Below are positions 12,501 through 23,121 of a stretch of DNA of 64,000 nt, one piece after another (within the stretch, counting starts at the first letter, position 1; each line of letters starts with the position of its first letter). The stretch lies in the NCBI GenBank assembly GCA_002104905.1, contig MCFE01000109.1, positions 104,489 to 168,488 on the forward strand, given 5' to 3'. The notes beneath the pieces were generated by a model that was given only the letters and a program-made list of their open reading frames with translations, was not told the origin of the DNA and searched no databases. A program made the position numbers and the translations under genes. This stretch comes from Basidiobolus meristosporus CBS 931.73 (lineage: Eukaryota > Fungi > Basidiobolomycota).

Positions 12501-13530
12501 GATCTTCAATGTCTTTGCATTCTTTAGCTCTGGTATAAATACTACTGTCTCTTCCTCCTGTACTATGATAAGCTTTTCTGTGCACTTCATATTTGGGCAC
12601 TGGCATGGTGCTTCAAAGACTTTACAGAGTTCTGCTGCTGTTACTTTGGGAAGTAGCTAAACTCTTGTCTGTGACAGTGAGCTACTTGAGTTCCTCCTTT
12701 AAAGCTACAATCTGGTACTTGCTACTGAAATACTGCTTGCTTTACACATATTATCCATTCATCCTACTGCTGGAAAACTTCCTGACCTTTCTGGGCAATG
12801 ACATCTACTCTACAAGCCACTGTACCTAATTGCCTCATTAATGCTTCTGTATTAGCTAAAAGCATACATGCAAGTACTGGTTTTGTTTATGTGTGGCAAT
12901 GGAATGTATTCCACTTCTACAATATCTCAAAACCAATATTTCACTCAATTATTGATTTGCCTTTTGGTATTGTAACATAAATCAATGATTAGGAATTTTT
13001 AACTTCAGAGGAGAAAAGCTCAAAGGCCTGACAAGCAATCCAGGCACAAAAATTATATCATGCTACACACCCAATAGCTAACAGATGCTTCAATTCACAG
13101 CTCAATTGAGTTATCATCAAAACCATATATACTAGGCCTCTATTGCTAAGACTACTATGGTGACTGCAGTCACATGTAACTTTAGAACTAGCTGGTCAAA
13201 TCATGTGAGGTTCTCACCAGTGCTGCACCTATATCTGATCTCCACTACTGCAAGATTTAGCTTTGTATTATGTATTGCTTATGTATTTGCCCAGAAACTT
13301 TGATCCTCAAGCGCTTTAATATATTTATCTTCCCTAGCTGAAAATGAAAGAGTGCTTCTCTGTCCCAAATCTCCATACTTTAATTACAAGCTTGAAAGTT
13401 ATAAGACTTCCCCTGCAATACATACACTGTTGAGTATTCTGACTTTGATTAAGACTACCTCAGTAAAGAGACTGCACAGCTCATAAGACACTAGCCATAG
13501 TTCTACAAGAGAACTACTACTTTTCTGTTG
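9550..13530 (-). mobile_element. Unclassified degenerate repeat element, copy B (longer)
   Basis: 11600-13530 is homologous to copy A. The whole region is CpG-depleted with stop-riddled frames. The left boundary is a guess. Confidence 0.45.
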
Positions 13531-13696
13531 GAAGAGTTGCAATAATCTGATGCTTAAATGTTTGAGTTAGATTGGTCTTGGTTAAATAAGTTAGTGATAT
13601 GTTTAGCCTGTCAGTATATCAGCTATATCTTTCAAATCAGTAGTATTAGTTGGTAGATGAATCAGCAGATCCTTTTCAGACAGAAACAGATATATT

Positions 13697-14427
13697 AGAC
13701 TTGATCCATTGTGTAGTATAACATTGAGCCACAAGTGCCAGATTATGCCATAGGTGCCAGAAAGGCCAAGTATAGTTGCTTTAGCCACATAGTGTGATAC
13801 ATAGTTCTACATCAACATGCAAAGCAGCCCCTATTTTTCACCTACTGTGCAGGTGAAAATCTACTTTTGGGCCTTTTTTTGTGGATCAATGTAGCTCAGG
13901 ATGTGTAAGAGCACAGGAGAACTGAAGATATGCATCTAGTACTCAATACCCATGGCACTCTGAATCTAGCTCCTGTAGCTTGTATCCTGTCACAAAAATG
14001 CATGGCACTATCTTGGTCCACTGGTACTATCTGGCACTATATTTAAATATTAGCCCTAAAGTAAGATCTATACAAAGCACTTATAGTGCCAGATAGTACC
14101 AGTGGACCAAGATAGTGCCATGCATTTTTGTGACAGGATACAAGCTACAGGAGCTAGATTTGGAGTGCCAAGGGTATTGAGTACCAGATGCATATCTTCA
14201 ATCTGCTTGTGCTCTAACACATCCTGCACAACATTGATCCAAAAAAAAGGTCAAAAAATGGATTTTCTCCAACACAATGATTGAAACACAGGGGCTGCTT
14301 TGCATGAGGATGCAGAGCTATGTTTCACACTCTGTGGCCAGGTAGAGGCTCACTTGGCCTCTCTGGCCTGCTATGGCATCATTTGGCACTCATGGCTCAA
14401 TGTGGCACTATCCAACGGAACAAGTCC
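13697..14427. mobile_element. 731-bp foldback non-autonomous element of the Pangu-like family
   Basis: Ends AGACTTGATCC...GGAACAAGTCC; TSD ATT (13694-13696 and 14428-14430); long inverted arms around a short spacer; inverted relative to 17247-17979. Confidence 0.88.
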
Positions 14428-14430
14428 ATT

Positions 14431-14770
14431 AGCCACAGCTTACACTACAAAATACAACTAGTCAGCAATTGATGTGGCTAAATATATAAGGAACTGCTGG
14501 AACCTCAATAAACATTAGTTGAAGTTTTAATGAATACAAAACTAGCTAAACTCTGCATTTGACCTCTTATATTGACACTTGAAACATTGGTAGCAGCAAC
14601 AACCCAAAACCTCCTTGCAGAAGAAAGAAGAAGCCTCCCTCAAGATTTCTGAAAATTAGAAATGGAAGAGTGCTTTGCAGCAAGTTCTGCCCCAACAGCT
14701 ACAGCTACCCTAGATTCTCAACCAGCTGCAACAAGGAATGACTATCATGGCCCAGAACCAGCAACGCCCC
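14431..14770 (+). mobile_element. Gypsy fragment: LTR end, PBS and start of gag
   Basis: ...CTTGAAACA|TTGGTAGCAGC at about 14580-14597, followed by QQVLPQQLQLP.ILNQLQQGMTIMAQNQQ, homologous to gag at 5028-5612. Confidence 0.75.
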
Positions 14771-14949
14771 CTGTTGTTGCCTTGAAAGGGTCTGGGGTAC
14801 CCTCTTTGCTGATTTTCATTGATGACAAAGTTTAGACTTTTCAAAAAGATTTGCATGATGACAAAGTTTAGATCTTGGAAAAAGTTTGGTTGAGAAAGTT
14901 TTGCGTGATGACAAAGCTTAGACTTTCATTGTTAATTAAAGTATTTCTT

Positions 14950-15866
14950 GTCCCTTCTTGTTAGCACTTGGTTTTATTAATGCTTTATGTAGGGGCCATT
15001 CTTACACATAATTAGAGGTCTAATCTTCAGTTTTGGACTCTAGGGCTGATAGAAGGCCTTAGAACCTGTCTGCCAAGCTATTTGGGAAATTCACCATCAC
15101 ATCTTTGTCATTAGTTGGTACACTCATGGATTCCATCTCATTAACCAATATGGTAGTTCTGCTAATAAATTTTACTTCTTCTCCTAGCTGCATCTTTGTG
15201 GCAAGGAATATTTTGTCCAAGATTCATTTTTTTAGCAGCTGACCATGACTAGAAGGTGTCTTCTGATGCCTTCCCGGCATTCTTTGCTGTTATTACTCTT
15301 AATCATTGAATTTGCAATTTGTCTTTAATGTTAAGGCAAATGCAGTGAAAGGCATTTTGTTTGTTCTTCTGGCACTTTAAGGCATCTACTCCTATGCTTT
15401 TAGGAGTGCATTCTGCTCCCATAAGAAATCCTCAGAGCCTTGTTCCTGTTGCATACAGGGAAAAACTTCAGCAATAGCCGCAGTAGAGATTGCAGAGAGT
15501 GACAGCTCAGGGCTCATATCCCACTGTAAGAGTCTCAGAGATATTGGAAGTGATTGGGCAAACAAGTAGATTACAAGGTTTTACTCAATGATTTATTAAA
15601 TGAAAGTAGTATTTATACTTTACATAGTCTTGGCATTGCCAGCTCAAAGAATATGCTTAGGAAGGTCCCATGAGCATATGTGCAAAGTTTAAGGCTGCTT
15701 GGACAACTTTGGGAATTTTCATGGTTGGGGTACCTGAGGTTTTGGTGAAAGCATTCCTAGTAGATCCCAACCAGGTATCTGGTCATTATTCTGTAAGATT
15801 TGTAAGTAGCAGTCTAAGTGGTTAGGTTATGTTAATATTTTGGTGGAATAATGGATTTCTACAACA
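14950..15866 (-). mobile_element. Ty1/copia fragment: LTR (about 15524-15866), PBS-like GGGATATGAGCCC and degraded gag
   Basis: The LTR is homologous to 56962-57311 and the gag is homologous to 57343-57800 and 58500-58630. Confidence 0.75.
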
Positions 15867-17246
15867 GTTCTATGGATATGAGCTTTATGCTGCAGTTAAG
15901 TGAGCTTTTAGATACTTGAGAGGAGCTGCGGTTATCTGCTTAAGGACACCTATGAGGATTCAGAATACTATCTTTTGGGATACTCTGATGTGGGCTGGGA
16001 GTAAAGTTTAGGGGACAGAAACACACCATTTGATACATCTTTCTTTTCTAAAAAGAAGCAATGTCATGGAACTCCATAAAGCAGCCAATCTTAGCACCTT
16101 TACTGCAGAGGCACAGTGAGTGGCATCCTGTGAGGATAAAAGAAAAGATATGACTGAGAACACTCTTCTACAACTATGATATGCGCAATTATACTCTGCA
16201 CTATATTTCAACCTAATCACTGATGTATACACCAGGTAGAAGTCCAACTCTTGGTACTAGTATATATTGTTAGTTTTGTAAATACACCCCAACACCCATC
16301 TAACTTTGTCATATAGTACATTTCCTGCAAATCATTCAGAAATCTGACTAAATTCCCAGCCAGGATCTACTTTGAGTACTCTCACCAATAAATCAGGTGC
16401 CCAGAACATTAGATTCCTAAAGATTGCCTAAGCAGCCTTGAACTTTGCACACATTGTCTTGGGACCTTCTTAAAGATGTTTTATGGGATTGCTTTGCCAA
16501 AACCATGTGAAGTTACTAATACTACTTTATATCAGTTATTAGTCAGGTGAGATCTATATGATCAACTTGTTCTCCCAATCACTTCCAATATTTTCAAAAC
16601 TCTGACTGCCAGTTTTGAACACCTGTCTGTCACTCTCTGCAATATCTACTCTTGCTAGAAGTGGAATGTTTCCTGCTGACAAGTCAATTTGATCTAATAT
16701 CAAGTCAGACAGGTGAAGATAAAGATACTCTAGCTGGAAATAGGCCTTTGTGATATTGCTTTGGGACAAGAATCCCCTTCTAAAGGTGTAGGAGAAGAAG
16801 CCTTAATGTATTGGAAGAAAGAACCAAGTGCCTTTAACTGCATTTGCTTGCACATTAAAGACAAATTGCTAATTCTATGCTCAATAGCATAGACAGCATT
16901 TGACTTTTGGGAGGTGTTAAAAGACAACTATCAGTCAAGTTTGACTGCTCAGAAAATGCATCTTAGACACAAAAATTCTGTACAATAAAGATGCCACCAG
17001 GAGTAGAAATGAAGAATCCAATTCACAGAATTACCTTGTTAGTTGGTGAGAGGGAATTGTTGGGTATACAAACTACAGATGAAGATATTATAGTTATTCT
17101 CCAGAGTAGTCTGACAGACAAGGTTCAGGGACTTGTATTAAACCTAAAGTGCAGAAATGAGGATTTGACATTAAATTATATGTGAGGAAGGCTTGTTGAT
17201 TAGGATATAAAAAAATCAAGTGCCAATAAGAAGGAAGAAAGATAAT

Positions 17247-17979
17247 AGACTTGTTCTGTTGGATAGTGCCACATTGAGCCATGAGTGCCAAATGATGCCG
17301 TAGTGTGCCAGAGAGGTAAAGTGAGCCTTTACTTGGCCACAGAGTGTGAAACATAGCTCTGCATCTTCAGGTAAAGCAGCCCCTGTGTTTCACCAATTGC
17401 GCAGGAGAAAATCCATTTTTTGACCTTTTTTTGTGGATCAATGTAGCTCAGGATGTGTAAGAGCACAGGAGAACCAAAGATATGCATCTAGTACTCAATA
17501 CCCATGGCACTCTGAATCTAGCTCCTGTAGCTTGTATCATGTCACAAAAATGCATGGCACTATCTTGGTCCACTGGCATTATCTGGCACTATAAGTGCTT
17601 TGTATAGATCTTACTTTAGGGCTAATACTTAAATATAGTGCCAGATAGTGCCAGTGGACCAAGATAGTGCCATGCATTTTTGTGACATGATACAAGCTAC
17701 AGGAGCTAGATTCAGAGTGCCATGGGTATTGAGTACCAGATGCATATCTTCAATCTGCTTGTGCTCAAACACATCCAGCACAACATTGATCCAAAAAAAA
17801 GGTCAAAAAATGGATTTTCTCCAACACAATGGGTGAAACACAGGGGCTGCTTTGCATGAAGATGCAGAACTATGTTTCACACTCTGTGGCCAGGTAGAGG
17901 CTCACTTGGCCTCTCTGGCACACTGTGGTATCATTTGGCACTCATGGCTCAATGTGGCACTATCCAACGGAACAAGTCT
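17247..17979. mobile_element. 733-bp foldback non-autonomous element of the Pangu-like family
   Basis: Ends AGACTTGTTCTGTTGGATAGTGCCACAT...ATGTGGCACTATCCAACGGAACAAGTCT; about 340-bp inverted arms; flanks AAT and ATT (both fit ANT, one mismatch); interrupts copia gag. Confidence 0.88.
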
Positions 17980-19315
17980 ATTCTTTGATAAGTAATGATT
18001 ACCAGCAAAATAAGTACTCATGATCTTATAAGCATAGCAGCAATCTTTCTTGCAGCTACTGCAAAAGTAAAGGAAGCACATCACACTGGTGCATCAAAAG
18101 GACTGATTATCATCAGAAAAAGCCAGAGTATGGAAATGCTGCAACAACTAAGGATAGACTATCTGCATCTGCATCAGATAGAACCACAAGCAAGGATTCT
18201 GAGATATGGTATATTGACTTTGAAGCATCTCAACACTTTACACATCAAAAAGTACCTTTTACCCAATATTAGGAAATTCTAATCAAGCATGTTTTCATTA
18301 GAGATTACAGAGCACTTGATGTAGTTAGAAAAGGAGCCACTTAAGTGAACTGTTGTAGTAGTCTAGGAAGCCACACATCCACCCTCAAAGAACTACTCTG
18401 TGAGCCAGAAGTAGAAATGAACTTGGTAAATATAAGCAAGGTCACAGCAGAAGAACTCAGTTTCAGTTTTGATGGCTCTGGATACAGGATTGGTAACCAA
18501 AATGGTGTCCATATTGCTTCAGGTATCTAAGATCACATTCTACACAGGCTGACCTATTTTGCAACATATGTGGAAGCCAAATAGGTAACTTGAATGAAAA
18601 TAACACCAATGCTTTGGTACCTAAGATCCAAACACATCAATTTGATTATTTCAGCTATATGCTCAAAAACAGCTGATTTCTGGAGTGAAACTGATCTTGC
18701 AGCTAATTTGGAAAACTGTGAGACCTATGTATCTGGGAAACAAGCCAAACAACTACTCAAGAGCCCTGTGTTAATCAAAACTAAGAAAAATTAGATCTAG
18801 CTCACTCAAATCTGTGTCAATCAATGCAAAATATATTGTTGGGTGGAATGAAGTATTTAGTAGCATTTATTAATGATTATACAAGATACACATAAGTGTA
18901 CCTCACAGAGAGAAAGGAAGAAACTCTGTTAAAGCTGAAGGGGCTTAAAGTAATAGTTAACAGAGAATCATATGAGGAACCATGAAAAAATGTCAGGCAA
19001 ATTTGATGTAGATAGATGTACAAGACAAAATACAATGCTTATGGTGCAAGTGAAGGATATCAAATAAGATCTTTAGCTAAAGTATACTCTTAAATAAGGG
19101 ACTGGCCAACACTGAAGCCTTTGCACCTGGAGCCAGGTATATTCTCATCAGACTATATTAGACTTATTCCATTGGATAGTGCCAGATCAATCTGGCACCC
19201 TACAGCACTATCTGGCAGCATAATTTCTACCATGATGCCAGTGGTATGATACAGTTACTGGTAATTTTACTCAATCTTACTTATGCTGCTCATAATAGTG
19301 CTTTCCTTGCTTTAT

Positions 19316-20414
19316 TTACTCTTCATAATGCTCCAGACACATTTCTCTCAGTGGATGTCTTCTTGTATGAGCATACTGTGCATTAATAGACTTGTTCCAT
19401 CATTCCAGCAGATCATAGTGCCCAATAGTGCCATAGCATGCCATATGATGCCTGATCATGCCACAGAGTGCCAGATAGTGCCATACAGTGCCAATTTGGG
19501 ATCAAAATTGACTTGCATATGACCCTAAAATATCAAATTAATAACAAAGTATACAGCACTTTCTGGCACTATGATCAATGGCACAATGCAACAAGTCTAA
19601 TAAGTATCTTAACTATTTTACCTATTCTGCTGTTTTCTCCTATATATGACTTTCCTCTGTATTTACCTGCCAATATGCTGAATCTCTTCAGATATCTAAA
19701 TGTGTGCTCTACCCTCACTCTGAAATGATTAAATATCTCATTCTAGAGCTTCTGCTTTCTGCTAAGCACACCATTCCTTGGCTTCCTATAAGCTGTAATA
19801 CATCCTAATCAGTGACAATCCTCTCCTATATAGGCTAAGTCTGCCATACATTTCTCTCCTCTACTGAACTCAGGATGATTCTCTACCCAGAGTCCTTTGT
19901 CATGCCTACTTCCAGCAAATGGCCCACTAGACCAGATGATGTAACCCTCAATGTCAGACAGTGCTTGAAACTTCACACAGTGTGCCTTGTACCTCTCAGA
20001 ATAAAAGTGCCTCTGCCCTCTAGAAGGTCTGTTAGTCCTCACTGGGAAGGTATCCAAAATACTCCTGATATGGAACCTGTTGCTGAACACTCTGGGATAT
20101 GGAAGTCTATTGGAGCTTCTGAATCTACTATTCCAAGCTTGCTCTAAGTCATTCATACACTCTGCAAGGTGGTTCTCCATTGCTGTCAGCTGGGAATGAA
20201 AGCTTCTAGGACTTTTATTGCCATGGATGGTGGGATGAAACCTTGTAGGGCAATAGTTCTTGTAATAGCAGAGAAGCTTAACAAGGGATCTCCTTGAGTA
20301 GATTGGGGTAGATGGTCCACAGTACTTGGAATAGATCTCCTCTAGTGTTTCAAAAGGAAATCTAGTGGTAGTGATGGGATTTATGAGAAAAGACCATTCA
20401 GATGAATAAGTCAT
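19316..20414 (-). pseudogene. Disrupted transposase of copy 2
   Basis: Near-identical peptide to 2917-3801, with a premature TGA at 19809 and a MITE inserted at 19388. Confidence 0.9.
19388..19598. mobile_element. 211-bp MITE, same family as 8000-8209
   Basis: TIRs present (right one has one mismatch); TSD AAT (19385-19387 and 19599-19601). Copy 1 shows the empty site ATACTTATTAATGCAC. Confidence 0.92.
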
Positions 20415-20864
20415 ATTAAAATGGTGGATGATTGTATGGAGGCAGTTTGAATCAATTTGGTGCAATCTGTGTTATTTATCTGATTTTTAATGCATTATGA
20501 TTAAATCTCCATCAATTGCCATGTATCCCATCATTATGTCACAAAAATCATCCGCAAACAATGCCTTGGTACTTTTATTGATGCTTTACTCATAGGTCTA
20601 TAATCAAATAGGAAATCTGCAATTGATGTGTTCTGATTTGTGTCAATGCAATCCAAGATGCATCATGCATAATATATGGAAAATTCAACAATCACATTAG
20701 TTTTCATATATACTTCATATAAGACCAGGTTGATGCCAATATACTGCTGTATAAGTATCCAAATCCATTGCTATGGTCCCCATACCAAGTCTCAACTCAT
20801 CTTTAGTACAACCCAGACAAAACCCATCCCCAGCTCACAAGTGCAGTCTGGACTGGAAAGGTTG

Positions 20865-23121
20865 ATGTTGGATCTAATTGAGTTCTTGCCAAATGATTTT
20901 AGTATGGCCCAAGTGTCTATGATGAGCCTTCATACAGATAGTTGGGTACTACTGATTAATCTAGCAGACCTAGACACCTCTGAGAGTTGACAAAGATGGA
21001 AGAATTTGAGTAGAAAGCTGTGGCATGAGTTCTACATCAAGATGCCAGCCAATGTATGTAACAAGATATATAACAAGACAAGTATTGAAGTCAAGAATGA
21101 GCTGAGAGTGAGGGGATTTGATGAAGAAGCCATGCAAGAACAATTTTGCGTGCAATTTGCACAGTACAGGCCGGACGCGTCCATTTGTGCCTCAACTTTG
21201 GGAACCAAAGAGATTTGAGTGAGTTTTGCCTCAAATGACTAATGTGCTACGTGATATATTAGTAGAGCTAAGTGGCTTCCAAGAGCAATATACACAGGAC
21301 TCATCCAGGCAACAGCTCCAAAGTATCAGACAGAGGGTAAGTGAATACCTCAAGGAATCAGAAGGTGAGCTTCAGGAGGAAGAATACAGACCGCAAGCAA
21401 CATTGTCCAGATCACATCAGCACACCTGGCTGGATTCCTTACCATCTCTGGCAACCACAGCATGCCAGTGCACGTCAGTCCAGACTATGCCAACACCCTT
21501 TACCAGAACACTGTGGTGGTGTATAGGTCCAAGGGAGAGATACGTCCAACACTTCTCAAGTGCTTTGTGTGTGGGGTGTTCACTGGGTGTAATAGCCTCT
21601 GGCAAAAGCTTGCTTGGAATACTTGGGTTCTGTCTCTAATCTAATGTGAAGGGGAATAAAGCCGCAAGCTTGTCAAGGGAAAACTATTGAGCTACAATTT
21701 GCAACAGATTTGGCATCTTAACAAAAGTATGTGCCAGGTTCAGCATCCTTTGAGATGACAATGTACTAAAGCTTCCAAAGTCAAAACAACTGTAAACTCC
21801 ACCAGCAGGGACTTGATAAGAATGCAGCTGTGGTCAATAGTTATAAAGACAGAAAAGTATCTTTGCCTGTACAAGAACAAACTTAGGAAAGAATCAAATA
21901 TAATAAAAGATACCTACTCTGAGTATTCCTCACAAGTAGTGCCTCCAAGGTCAGTTGGCTGTCAGCGCAGTTTCCTGGGAGTGTCCTGTGGTCTAGGGTT
22001 GGAAGTTCAGGTAGCAGCAGGTAGCAGTGATCACACTAATCAACAAGTTGGTATATTGATAAAAGGGATGATGATTTATTGTTGAGGGATAGCCTCCCTG
22101 ATATACTTTTCTTACTGGCCAAGTAACCACTAATCAGGGTGTTCCAGAAGGTTCCGGATATCAGTAGAAATCTTAATGACATCAGAATGACCTAAGAATC
22201 TTCTAAGTAGGTGCTGGAAGGTTCTAAGAGGCACAGCACATCCAACTAATCAGGAATCAGTATTCAGAAACCTGTGTAATGTAGCAATACCATATATGGT
22301 ATGTAAATGGTAGGGATGGTGACATGGGTTGATCATGTGTCACAGGTACTGACGTGGGTACTTGTCTAATGTAGAAGCACATATAGCTAGTAATCTAACA
22401 TAAAGTGTGGGGTAACTTATGCAATAAGGTAAGCAGGTGTGATAGTCAACCAGCTTATGGGATAGTACTGATCAGGTAAGACAAATGGGATAAAACTAAA
22501 ATAAGTGTAGTAGAGATAAAGGGAAGTAGAAAATATGGGAATGAGCACATCTGTTAGTGGGTGTCACTGTCACCCCACTACAATGCCCTGCATTGAGTCA
22601 ATGTGTGTTGGGTCAATGCGTGCGCTTCAGAGCAAAACTACCAGAACTCACCAAACTGCTCATTTAGACATGAGTCCATTGGAGCGGACCAAGTTGCGTC
22701 AACATGCAGCATCACATTGAACTCAGCCAAGGGCCATCTCAACACGTCAAGTCACACCTGCGCATGCCATTTTGCCTGACCATCAGCAAGTTACTTCTGG
22801 TGAACTGACTGATGATGACCACATGAAGTGCCTCAACCACCAGAGCCCTTGGCAAGTGAAAGAACATGTCAGCGCGTGGCACTCCAGGCCGGTTCAGTTG
22901 GTTCAGCCGGAGTGATTCAGCACAGCCAAGCTGCAGCATTGCACTCATCAACTAGGAGGCAAAATACTGACTACAAATACACAAGTAGCCAAGATGATAG
23001 TCAGCCAGGAAGTAGTATAGGTGTGCAAAGTGAGTCACTACCAAATGCTTCAGTAGTAATCCCTGTGAGAAAAAACCCAGGAGAAGCTGATGCAATTGCT
23101 TTGAATTGCTATTATTTGTAA
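20865..23121 (+). pseudogene. Disrupted accessory ORF of copy 2
   Basis: Homologous to 1295-2464; CGA-to-TGA stop at about 20988, a frameshift near 21215 and a solo LTR insertion. Confidence 0.85.
21512..22582. mobile_element. Solo LTR, 1071 bp
   Basis: Termini TGTGGTGG...CCACTACA; absent from copy 1; flanks ACAC and ATGC are both derivable from the ACGC seen in copy 1. Confidence 0.8.

Noticed and set aside
14815-14930. CRISPR-like reading of the spaced repeats
   Set aside because: Only three short repeats with unequal spacers, eukaryotic context and no cas genes.
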